From the IMG/VR virus record IMGVR_UViG_3300014168_000003, positions 1 to 64,000 of that record: 64,000 nucleotides of DNA. One strand, given 5' to 3'. A program made the translations under genes and the position numbers. The DNA is from a virus. Lineage: Duplodnaviria > Caudoviricetes. Position 1 is the first letter of the stretch; each line of letters opens with the position of its first letter. Shown in pieces: positions 8,851 to 17,263 of the stretch. The notes below the pieces were generated by a model, which saw only the letters and a list, made by a program, of their open reading frames with translations, made no database searches and was not told where the DNA came from.

Positions 8851-9476
8851 TCTGCTGCTCCCATGGTGGCTTTCAAGAAAATAATACCGGACTTTACCGT
8901 CTTAAAACTGATGACCGGTGTGTCTAGTTTCGAAAATTTTCGAGAAGCCAAGTATACAATAATTGATACTCCATGTAGTTCACACAAATTAATGCTGCTC
9001 AAATTTGGTGCCACACTGGAAAACATAATAGAGGGCTTGGCATCAGTGCTCTCTAATCGACTGAGTGCCATAAGTTCAGGTTGAAAAGTAGCCCGACAGA
9101 TCCTTTCTGGATCACATCCCATCGTATCACAATGGGTGAAATATGCGGGTTTACGATTGAAGCCGGATCCAAGGATTCGTAAATCCTCATCCGTAACAAT
9201 TGCTCCTATGTGATTTCTGAGGCACTCAGATTTCAGAGTTTCAGACTGGATCAGGTTGAATAAAAAGGTCAACCGTTGGTTGAGATTAGGGGTCTCCAGC
9301 AACCGCACTACTCGGAGTGCTTTATCACTGGGTAGCGAAACATTACACCAATCAAATCCCTCATCATACATCAGGGCCATGTAATCTGTATCGACCAGCA
9401 CCATGTCCTGGTGTAACTGGCTACTATTCATCAGCTTCCAGGGTATCAGGGCTTGGGGCTCAAGTTTAAACTCCAT
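8847..9476 (-). CDS. dCMP deaminase-like protein lacking Zn ligands
   Basis: SECLRNHIGAIV...GSGFN matches dCMP deaminase; HAE is replaced by QPE and PCxxC by PNLSS. Confidence 0.7.
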   Translation of the reverse strand: MEFKLEPQALIPWKLMNSSQLHQDMVLVDTDYMALMYDEGFDWCNVSLPSDKALRVVRLLETPNLNQRLTFLFNLIQSETLKSECLRNHIGAIVTDEDLRILGSGFNRKPAYFTHCDTMGCDPERICRATFQPELMALSRLESTDAKPSIMFSSVAPNLSSINLCELHGVSIIVYLASRKFSKLDTPVISFKTVKSGIIFLKATMGAAE

Positions 9477-9513
9477 CGGACTCTCCTCATTATGGAACAG
9501 CTAGCCAATTCGG

Positions 9514-9669
9514 TTAGACGTAGACATCAATGAGGGTGCCAACTTGATTGTTTCCAATAGGAGTCCTTTTATCAGGGTTTTGAGGTTGAATCCGTACCAC
9601 CGGCTCTACCCGTCTCATCTGAGGGATGAAGGGGTAATGGGGAGCGGGGAGAAGCGGTTCAGGCCACAT
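9514..9669 (-). CDS. Small Pro-rich protein (51 aa, not in ORF track)
   Basis: Manual translation MWPEPLLPAPHYPFIPQMRRVEPV...TLIDVYV*; AAGGTG RBS; fills the gap. Confidence 0.5.
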   Translation of the reverse strand: MWPEPLLPAPHYPFIPQMRRVEPVVRIQPQNPDKRTPIGNNQVGTLIDVYV

Positions 9670-9677
9670 CGGACACC

Positions 9678-9959
9678 TTAGCGAAGTTCTTGGAACTTCT
9701 CATATTGCTTTTCGGCTTCTCCGATGATTCCCTTGAGTCTTTCCATTTCGGTTTCGATGCTTTCAGACAGCTTATCCATCAGAGCTTCAATCTCCGCATC
9801 TGACATCTTGGAAACATCATACCCTTCTTCCTTGAGTTGGGCCTGAAGTTCAGATAGCTTGTGCTCCTCAACGGCCAAGGTGCGCTTGACTTCTTCTTGC
9901 TTTTTCTCTAGACCAGAGATTCGTTTGTTCAAATCTTGGATTTCTTCAGCTAGGGCCAC
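9678..9959 (-). CDS. Coiled-coil protein, possible middle segment of split Rad50
   Basis: GTG start after AAGGAG, 2 nt after the SbcC-N stop; heptad-rich 93 aa. Confidence 0.7.
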   Translation of the reverse strand: MALAEEIQDLNKRISGLEKKQEEVKRTLAVEEHKLSELQAQLKEEGYDVSKMSDAEIEALMDKLSESIETEMERLKGIIGEAEKQYEKFQELR

Positions 9960-9961
9960 GA

Positions 9962-11194
9962 TTACTCCTTGGTGAATTGATACCCGCATTTCGGGCATGA
10001 GATGGCGTCTTTTGTGAGTTCATGTAGTTGCTGGTGGAGATCAGATAGCTCCGTAGCAATGGTCTGAGTCTTTGTTTTACAGTCTGTCACCAATACCTTC
10101 AATTTGGGGTAAGATGTGACAAGTCGGAGATCCATTATACCCCGCAACAGGTCATCCGTATTCACATCGACCATCGGTGGGGCCGCAGCTAGGCGTTTCT
10201 TTAACGGAGTGTAATCCCGCAAGAGGTTCCATCTTCGAATCAAGAGCCCCCATTTGACCGACCGTGCGGCACTCAGCACCCCAGAACCGATAGCAATGTG
10301 CTCCTGGAGCTTCTGGACCTGTCTGAGGCTTTTGCCTAGGCGAAGGTAGCGGGAAACCAGTTCGGTTGAAGGTAGGACCACCTGGGAGGCTTGACGGAGG
10401 GTTTTGACGCGACTTGAAGTCTGCGTCTTGTGAAGCAAGAGGGTGTGAACCCTGTGGGCCTTAGCCACCTTTTGAGTGGACGGAGGGGTGATACGGTTTA
10501 TGCTCTCCAGGGTCACGACCCTGCTCCACTGCACAATTCTTTGATTCAACAAGATCTGCACGGTCTGAGCCGTAGCAATTTTCTGTCGTGTGTCATCATG
10601 CTTGGGTTTAAGGGACTCGAATACCCCAAGCACTGAGCTAATCTCAGCTATTTTGGTATGACCGGCTTGGACTTCCAGGGCCAACATCTTAGCCTGGGAG
10701 TTAATTTCTGTATTGTTCAGATTGATGGCTTTTTTGCCTTGGTTCAACTGCTCAGTGTTGCTGAACAACCCAAACACGGAGTTCAACTCACTGGGGGACA
10801 GGTTCATCATGAACTGACTGTCAAACTGCCCTGCGAACGTAGGGTCCAGCTTGGCTGAACCGATTGTGATTTCGCCCAGCTTCAAGTCTTTGATTGGCTG
10901 GGGCACATCCCCATTCAGCTTGGCGAAGTCTTCCCCATTGACCCTGTAAGTGGTGGTCTTCCCTCTGGTCAGAACAGCCGTGGAGCCATTCTCTACTTCG
11001 AGCTTAAGCTCCACGGCTCTCTGACCATGACGGATGAAGGCATCCTGCACCTGATTTCGTAGAATACCGCGCAAGGATCTGACAATCGCGGATTTTCCTC
11101 GATTTGAACTGCCAACGATGATAGTAAACCCGTTGACAGTCAAATCGAAATGTTTCCAAGACTGAAAATCCTTACCTACGAGCCGAAATTTCAT
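9962..11194 (-). CDS. sbcC: Rad50/SbcC N-terminal half (Walker A, coiled coil, Zn hook)
   Basis: IIVGSSNRGKSAIVRSL P-loop, Q-loop AGQFD, coiled coil, ends CPKCG; no signature or Walker B motif. Confidence 0.88.
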   Translation of the reverse strand: MKFRLVGKDFQSWKHFDLTVNGFTIIVGSSNRGKSAIVRSLRGILRNQVQDAFIRHGQRAVELKLEVENGSTAVLTRGKTTTYRVNGEDFAKLNGDVPQPIKDLKLGEITIGSAKLDPTFAGQFDSQFMMNLSPSELNSVFGLFSNTEQLNQGKKAINLNNTEINSQAKMLALEVQAGHTKIAEISSVLGVFESLKPKHDDTRQKIATAQTVQILLNQRIVQWSRVVTLESINRITPPSTQKVAKAHRVHTLLLHKTQTSSRVKTLRQASQVVLPSTELVSRYLRLGKSLRQVQKLQEHIAIGSGVLSAARSVKWGLLIRRWNLLRDYTPLKKRLAAAPPMVDVNTDDLLRGIMDLRLVTSYPKLKVLVTDCKTKTQTIATELSDLHQQLHELTKDAISCPKCGYQFTKE

Positions 11195-11754
11195 GATTCC
11201 TCTTCAGGGGGAGTCTTGCAAGAGCAGCCTTCCTTGTCACATTCTTTCGTGGTTTCAGAGGCCATGATGTGGGCGATCAAATATTTGACCGCACTCTCAG
11301 TCATTACTCCCTTGATCGAAAGACGGAGGAAGGCTCTGATGAGATGAAAATTACGAAGGATGCAGAGCACTGTGGTAGCCAGGAGTGAGGCTGAAATGCA
11401 GAGTAAGGCTCCATGTAGCAAGGGCCAGTTGATGAAGAGAGAGGCATAGTAGAAAATGGTGAACCAGAATGCCTTGTTAGCCCATGGGAACGGCTCGGCT
11501 AGCGCATCTACGAACTTCTCCAGTGTGCCCATCTTCCGAAGGGCCTGATCGACCCCTCCGGAGTGGGCCACGGTGTAGGTCAAGACGCCTAGGAATCCAG
11601 TCAGATAGCCAGCCAGGATGATCCCTCCGGCCCACATTCCGTATTGCAGAGTAGCAGGGCTGTAGGTGAGGTTCGAGGCCATGAAGATAGTGGAACCCAA
11701 CAAGGCGAGGAACCAGAAGGTTTTGAGAATGAGGTTGTTAGAATCGATAATCAT
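11191..11754 (-). CDS. Membrane protein
   Basis: About four hydrophobic helices; Cys-rich C-terminus. Confidence 0.7.
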   Translation of the reverse strand: MIIDSNNLILKTFWFLALLGSTIFMASNLTYSPATLQYGMWAGGIILAGYLTGFLGVLTYTVAHSGGVDQALRKMGTLEKFVDALAEPFPWANKAFWFTIFYYASLFINWPLLHGALLCISASLLATTVLCILRNFHLIRAFLRLSIKGVMTESAVKYLIAHIMASETTKECDKEGCSCKTPPEEES

Positions 11755-12995
11755 GATAGATCCTGGTCCTCATCATCGAACGCCACCTTAGCGGTAATCT
11801 TCTGGTAGAAGTCTTCATCCGAAGAGGCCAGATCCTCAAGGGAAGGCTCGATTGCAAACCCGCTCTCGTCATTCTCAATGGCCGCTATGACCAGTTCTCG
11901 CAGCTTTCTCAGAACTTCAGGATTCTGCTCGACTACCAGATCTCGAATCGCGGAATCCTTGGAGTCGTAGACCATGATGGGGTCAGATTCCAAGCCCACG
12001 ATATACTTGCGGCCCACATAGGAAATGAGCTTGTAGTGGTGAGCCAGTTCTCGGATGCTGATATTGTCGTCCAACCCTAGGCCAGGACGTAGGTAGAGCA
12101 CACCCGCCCTGTAACCACCCATCGTGACCTTGTTCTTAAGGACACGAACGTTGATGCGGGTTGCCACATAGTTGTTGCCTTTGTTCTCACCGGGTTCGAT
12201 ATCCCAATCGGATTCGCCCCCACCCGCACGTAGGGCCTTGGCCACATTCACTTCGATGGTCAGAGAGGGAATGAAACGCATGGCGAATCCCCCCGGCAGC
12301 ACGTAGTTGAGGTTGGTGATGGTGCTGTACTTCGCGGCTGATTGGCCCTCACGAGACCCATCAATTCGAGCACGAATCTGGTTGACCATGATCAACACAC
12401 AGTCATAGTGCTGAGCGTAGGGAAGGAGGATATCGAAGAACATGTTCATAGTCTTGGCATGAGCACCAACGGTGTTCTTGAAAGCCTTCCCGTTCATGAT
12501 CTCCTTCTCATCCACCATGGATTTCATGCGAGGAACGGAGTCATAGATGAACACTTTCACTCCAGCCTTCATCAGTACGATGGACTTCTGGATCGCTGCC
12601 TCAACGGAGTTGTTCTTGAAGACGACCAAAGCATCCCGGTCAGTATTGACCCCGTTGGACTTGAAGTATTCAGGAGTGCTGGTTCCTTCGAAGTCGAAGA
12701 TGGCCGCAGCCTTTCCAGTCAGTCGCTGATAGGACTTGACGATGTTGTAGCAGAGGGTGGACTTACCACCGTGTTCCTTGCCGTGGATCTGAATGACCCG
12801 ACCCCCGCCAGGGATACCCTTCAGTTGGAGAACATGATCCAGGATGACCGATCCCATTGGCACGAAGGTCTCCTGAACCTCCATTTTCTGAATCGTTGGA
12901 TCTTCTCCGAAGCCATCTAGGGCTTCAAGGAATGCTGCCTTGGAATCAGGGAGTTCTCCTGCTTCTTTGTTGTGTTTAATGCGCTTTACTGCCAT
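11751..12995 (-). CDS. recA: RecA/UvsX-like recombinase
   Basis: Walker A GKEHGGKST, IFDFE, Walker B FIYDSV, NQIR, PGGFAMRF, KNKV. Confidence 0.93.
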   Translation of the reverse strand: MAVKRIKHNKEAGELPDSKAAFLEALDGFGEDPTIQKMEVQETFVPMGSVILDHVLQLKGIPGGGRVIQIHGKEHGGKSTLCYNIVKSYQRLTGKAAAIFDFEGTSTPEYFKSNGVNTDRDALVVFKNNSVEAAIQKSIVLMKAGVKVFIYDSVPRMKSMVDEKEIMNGKAFKNTVGAHAKTMNMFFDILLPYAQHYDCVLIMVNQIRARIDGSREGQSAAKYSTITNLNYVLPGGFAMRFIPSLTIEVNVAKALRAGGGESDWDIEPGENKGNNYVATRINVRVLKNKVTMGGYRAGVLYLRPGLGLDDNISIRELAHHYKLISYVGRKYIVGLESDPIMVYDSKDSAIRDLVVEQNPEVLRKLRELVIAAIENDESGFAIEPSLEDLASSDEDFYQKITAKVAFDDEDQDLS

Positions 12996-13003
12996 GGCTC
13001 TCC

Positions 13004-13882
13004 TTAGATGGTTATGGTGATCTTTTGCAGCCGCTTTTTCGGAGGAACGGTTGCGTCTTTTAAGCTAATACTGTATTCAGTGGGGGTGTAGGTGTACCAA
13101 TATGCAGGATTGTGGAGGATGCCCTTAGTCACGGTATGGGCTCTCTTACCTTTGCCCTTCACTACTGGAGTATTGTGGAGGATGCCCTTAGTCACGGTAT
13201 GGGCTCTCTTACCTTTGCCCTTCACTACTGGAGTATTATCGCAAAGGCTCAGCAACATTGGGGATTCACCAATGAGGGAGGGTTCTGAACTAAGCAGTTG
13301 AGTGACCATGCGGCCATACTCAGCAAAGAGGATCGCATCGCAAGAATCGGAATCGATGCCTGGGTAAGTTTGAGGGTCTGCAAACTCCTGGCTTTTCCGG
13401 ACGTTCTCCCATTTGTTGTCTCCAGTGGCGGTCAATCCCATGTTGGACCGCATTGTGGCAGCATTTACCTGAAGTACATGCACTTCACTAAACAATTTAC
13501 CAGTCAGAGGAAGTAGATGAGCATGAATGATTTTGGAGAGAATGTTAAGGTAATCATTCCTGGGGGTGGGGACTTCCATACAAATAATCAAGCCATTTGG
13601 TTCCCAGCTACCAGTTGCAACAGTGCTCTGCCAATGCTGCATCATCTCTCCAATCGTACTGGCTATCTGTTGAGATCTAAGCCATGTAGGAAGAGAGGTA
13701 TCATCGGGTTTAAGGGAGCCAATGTTTAACCATTGAAAGGATGTACCCACCACTTTGGCAAAGGCAAAACCGGTGCGACTAAGGGAGGGGTCAAGTCCAA
13801 TTACCAGCCATTTTTTATTATTTGACTTAGGAGGAAATGTGATTTTTTCTGCAAAAGTCTTCTTCGGTTTACGTGGTGCCAC
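13004..13882 (-). CDS. ruvC: RuvC-like Holliday junction resolvase
   Basis: VIGLDPSLSRTGFA, central ICMEVP, DSCDAI acidic triad. Confidence 0.75.
   Translation of the reverse strand: MAPRKPKKTFAEKITFPPKSNNKKWLVIGLDPSLSRTGFAFAKVVGTSFQWLNIGSLKPDDTSLPTWLRSQQIASTIGEMMQHWQSTVATGSWEPNGLIICMEVPTPRNDYLNILSKIIHAHLLPLTGKLFSEVHVLQVNAATMRSNMGLTATGDNKWENVRKSQEFADPQTYPGIDSDSCDAILFAEYGRMVTQLLSSEPSLIGESPMLLSLCDNTPVVKGKGKRAHTVTKGILHNTPVVKGKGKRAHTVTKGILHNPAYWYTYTPTEYSISLKDATVPPKKRLQKITITI
13109..13237. repeat. Perfect 63-bp tandem duplication
   Basis: 13109-13171 is identical to 13172-13234; duplicates TPVVKGKGKRAHTVTKGILHN in frame. Confidence 0.97.
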
Positions 13883-13892
13883 TACTTCTCCA

Positions 13893-13922
13893 AAATAAAA
13901 CGGGGAGCCCCGAGGCTCCCCG
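13893..13922 (-). terminator. Rho-independent terminator after SSB
   Basis: CGGGGAGCC-TCGG-GGCTCCCCG followed by TTTTATTT. Confidence 0.85.
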
Positions 13923-13941
13923 AGTCAAGCTCTTGGGCTAA

Positions 13942-14742
13942 TTACAGATCGCCATTGTCCGAGGCGTCATCATCGTTGGCTCCGGAGATGCCGGAAAGCA
14001 GGGCCTTCCACTCGATGGCGTTGATCTTGCGACCCAGCCTTGCGGTGAGCAGCTTGCCATCCAACAGGGGCTGTACGGCCTCTTCGATAGCCGCGACCAT
14101 CTCTGGATCCTTGCGGTAACGGGGCGTACGGGAGGCACGGGTGAGGGTGTAGCCGATACCAGTGGTCTCGTTGTGGGTCATGATGATGTCGAAGTCATAG
14201 ACGGTCTCCGGATTCCCGTTGGCAGCGTCTTCATCTTCCATCATACGGTTGATGGCCGTGTAGTTGGTGCGACTGAGGTTGACATGACCAATCTCCCAGT
14301 CAGTTTCCACGATCTTTCGACCGTCCTTGTCCAGACCATATTTGCCGGTCTTGGGGTCGCAATTGGTGTATTTGACCACCAGGGCGACGATGGCCAGATT
14401 GGCATTGCCAGCCAGACCGGAAGTGCAGCAGATGCCCTCATTCTCCTCTGTGGAGAGGCAACGGAACGTGCCCTTCTTATCGATGTAGTGATTGAACGCC
14501 TTCTTCGGCTTGATGAAGGGGAGGATGGCGAAGCGAACGGCCTTGCCCTTCTCCGGCTTGACCCGTGGCATCGGATCCTTCTTCTTCATCAGTTCGGTAT
14601 CACCCCAGTCGCAGTCGAGTTCTTCCTCGTTCTCTAGAGTTTTCTTCCCTGCTGCGGGGGCTCCTTTTTGACCCGCACCGGCCTTTGACCCGGCCTTAAG
14701 GTCTAGCTCTTCGTCTTCGTCAAACTTTGGCTTGTTCGCCAT
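13942..14742 (-). CDS. Single-stranded DNA-binding protein (gp32-like)
   Basis: VRFAILP, HY, FRC...CC Zn ligands, acidic termini; next to recA; highly biased codon usage. Confidence 0.7.
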   Translation of the reverse strand: MANKPKFDEDEELDLKAGSKAGAGQKGAPAAGKKTLENEEELDCDWGDTELMKKKDPMPRVKPEKGKAVRFAILPFIKPKKAFNHYIDKKGTFRCLSTEENEGICCTSGLAGNANLAIVALVVKYTNCDPKTGKYGLDKDGRKIVETDWEIGHVNLSRTNYTAINRMMEDEDAANGNPETVYDFDIIMTHNETTGIGYTLTRASRTPRYRKDPEMVAAIEEAVQPLLDGKLLTARLGRKINAIEWKALLSGISGANDDDASDNGDL

Positions 14743-14771
14743 ATGTGTGCTCCTTGCTCTTTAATTGATAC

Positions 14772-16184
14772 TCAGAATGAGTCGTCAAAAGTGATCTTTC
14801 TTCGATCTTTTTTGACCGGTTGAACTTCCGCTGGTACTGCTGGTTTCTCTGGTTCTGGCTCTGGATTTACGGCTGGGGGCTCCGGGGTAGAGGCAGGGAC
14901 AGAGATACCATCTTCATCATCTTCATCGTCATATTTTGGCTTACTCTTAGGTTTGGGCTGGATGGCTTTTTCACCTTTTTCTTTCACCAGGGTGGGGCCA
15001 TCTTCTCCTTGCACTACTTTGACATCTCCGACAAATGGATCGTGGATGATTTCAGCCGGTTGTCTATTCCTGGTTATCTCTACAGCATCCCCTTCGACTT
15101 CATCAAAATCGTGACGCTTTACTACCAATGGAGTCCAAGTTTCTGGATGAGCAGCTACATATTCCGCATCCTCATTCGAGTTCTCCCCATGGGTAACTCC
15201 AGTGTCAGGAAGCTGGGCGAGTAAGTCTTCCATTGAAGTGAGCTTGGGAGAGACCAGCATCTGGAGAAGAGCTTTATCTTCAGCTTCTTGAACCGCATCC
15301 AACTGCTCTTCATGCCATTTTTCTGCTGCCTCTTTGAGTTCCCCACCCAATACAATACCCACTTCTGGCTCTTCTACGGTGCCCTGAACCATCTTCACAA
15401 TTTTGTCACTAAGCGGGTGGCCAGCAAATTCGCGCCTTTCGACGTAATTTGGATCTCCCTCATCAGATGGAAGCCCACTTTCAGACTCTTCCTCATCATC
15501 ATATTTAGGCTTCTGAGGCTCCTCTGTAAGGGAGCCATACCGCTGCTTCAACAGAGGATAGGGGTCTTCGTTCTCCATTAAGCCTTGGCTGGATGGCATC
15601 CGCAGGAGAGAGGCATTGGCCTGTTCGGTGCCCAGCTTATACTTCTCCATGGCCAATTTCTTCGCACTCTTCAGATGCTCAATCAGCATACTGATCGCAT
15701 CCTCCATGCCTTCCAGGACTACCTCTTCACCAATCAAACGGGTGAACTCTGATTCAGCCAGGGCCTTGCAGACAGAAGCCGTGAACTTAAGATCATGGGC
15801 CTTGAGGATTTCAGTGATGGCAATCTGGTACCATACGGTGAATGCCGCCTCCAGTCCATCTTTGTTGTGGATGGCCGCACGGACTTTTCCCAAAAAGAAT
15901 AGGGCTCGACTGTGAATGGATTCGATCTTATCAGTGACCAACTGTAGAGACTGAGTGAGTTGCACCAGATAAGACTGAGCCGTGCCGGGGGCTACAGAGG
16001 ATAGGAGAGTGATTTGCTCGACCCCATCCGCTTCTTTCAACAACCTCAAGTAGTAGTCATCAAAGGAGTAAGCCTCCTCAGATGATTTGTAGGTGAAGGT
16101 CGAGCGGAGCTTTTCCACCTTCTCAAGCAGCCCTGTTCCCTCCAGGACCGTCTCAGCTTTCAGTTGATTCAATATCGGTAACAT
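14772..16184 (-). CDS. Hypothetical protein: helical N-half, acidic disordered C-half
   Basis: 470-aa ORF; repeated KPKYDDE motif. Confidence 0.75.
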   Translation of the reverse strand: MLPILNQLKAETVLEGTGLLEKVEKLRSTFTYKSSEEAYSFDDYYLRLLKEADGVEQITLLSSVAPGTAQSYLVQLTQSLQLVTDKIESIHSRALFFLGKVRAAIHNKDGLEAAFTVWYQIAITEILKAHDLKFTASVCKALAESEFTRLIGEEVVLEGMEDAISMLIEHLKSAKKLAMEKYKLGTEQANASLLRMPSSQGLMENEDPYPLLKQRYGSLTEEPQKPKYDDEEESESGLPSDEGDPNYVERREFAGHPLSDKIVKMVQGTVEEPEVGIVLGGELKEAAEKWHEEQLDAVQEAEDKALLQMLVSPKLTSMEDLLAQLPDTGVTHGENSNEDAEYVAAHPETWTPLVVKRHDFDEVEGDAVEITRNRQPAEIIHDPFVGDVKVVQGEDGPTLVKEKGEKAIQPKPKSKPKYDDEDDEDGISVPASTPEPPAVNPEPEPEKPAVPAEVQPVKKDRRKITFDDSF

Positions 16185-16494
16185 CTACTTCGCCTCTTTC
16201 AGTCAAAAATTGTTTCACTCGTTCGGTGCGTTTCCGGCCCATAGCAATCAGATCCTTGAACAATGGGGCCTTCACGACTCCTCCCACGTACCTGCTGCCC
16301 TGCACTGCTTCCCATGCCTCTAACTGAAGATCCAGAACCCTTTTCAAGATCTCATCATAGTCATTGATGGGGATACCTTCCTGCCCTTCAGGGACTTCAC
16401 CACGCAGCGAGACAAATCGTTCAGACCCTCGTCCATAGTCTACATCCCCGACTTTAAGACTAACCATCACTGCTGTTACGGTCATATTGGTCAA
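16153..16494 (-). CDS. Hypothetical protein
   Basis: 113-aa ORF overlapping its neighbours. Confidence 0.65.
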   Translation of the reverse strand: MTNMTVTAVMVSLKVGDVDYGRGSERFVSLRGEVPEGQEGIPINDYDEILKRVLDLQLEAWEAVQGSRYVGGVVKAPLFKDLIAMGRKRTERVKQFLTERGEVDVTDIESTES

Positions 16495-17260
16495 CGGTCT
16501 TCTCCATCTTGGCTATTCTGGTCTGAACCGGATCATTTGCATCGGTCAGCATCTTTTGATTAATACCCGTTATCCCGATGCCCTGGTGAACGTCCATTTC
16601 AGTTGTTTTTTTCACTTTTGCTCCACTCTCTCCCTTTGATTCTTCCCTAGTTATATGAACAAACCGATCCAGTCCGAGGATGTCTTTAATGAAGTCTTTG
16701 AACGACAGAGGGATAGCTTTATCATCCTTCATCTTGGCAAAGTTAGGATTGACTAGCCATGTCAGATTCTTCTTTCCCATCCGATCCCCGATCAGCATCC
16801 GAACATTATCATAGTGCTGGACGTAAGGGGGCCACATGGCGGCTCTGATAATGAGAAGCTGAGGGGCGGTCAGAAGAGCGAACTTCTCCGCATAAGGCAT
16901 GTTGCCAAACCGGATATCGGTTACTTCCACCATCGTGGTTTCTCTCCACGTAATGGGACGGCGACCCTTGCTGATTGCATCATAGAACTCATCTGTCAGG
17001 GCCTTTCTCAGATGAACTGAGAACGCCTCCATACTCCCATCCAGAGAGTCCACCTCTATGAGTCCATTCCCTCTTCGTTTGAGCAAGAAGGGGGAGAGTT
17101 TTGAGGGCGAACTGATCTCAGGGAATGTAGTCAGAGAGCCTAGTTGAGTCGCCAACTGCCTCTTAAAAAAACAAGTGCAGAACTCCAACATTCCGTTAGC
17201 AAGTCTTATGTACCCGGAGCCGTTGCAGCGAGGGCATTCCGGAGTTTCATTTAGGTCCAC
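16460..17260 (-). CDS. DnaC/helicase-loader-like protein with Zn ribbon, degenerate ATPase
   Basis: N-terminal CPRCNGSG...CTC typical of DnaC/IstB-like loaders; APQLLII and LIGDRM...TWLVN echo the AAA+ core, but there is no intact GKT. Confidence 0.45.
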   Translation of the reverse strand: MDLNETPECPRCNGSGYIRLANGMLEFCTCFFKRQLATQLGSLTTFPEISSPSKLSPFLLKRRGNGLIEVDSLDGSMEAFSVHLRKALTDEFYDAISKGRRPITWRETTMVEVTDIRFGNMPYAEKFALLTAPQLLIIRAAMWPPYVQHYDNVRMLIGDRMGKKNLTWLVNPNFAKMKDDKAIPLSFKDFIKDILGLDRFVHITREESKGESGAKVKKTTEMDVHQGIGITGINQKMLTDANDPVQTRIAKMEKTVDQYDRNSSDG

Positions 17261-17263
17261 TTA

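Noticed and set aside
9620-9660. G-rich plus-strand tract as a G-quadruplex or sRNA
   Set aside because: Explained by Pro codons of the small minus-strand ORF at 9514-9669.
13109-13237. Direct repeat as a CRISPR array
   Set aside because: Two adjacent 63-bp copies with no spacer, inside a CDS; no CRISPR array or cas gene seen in the window.
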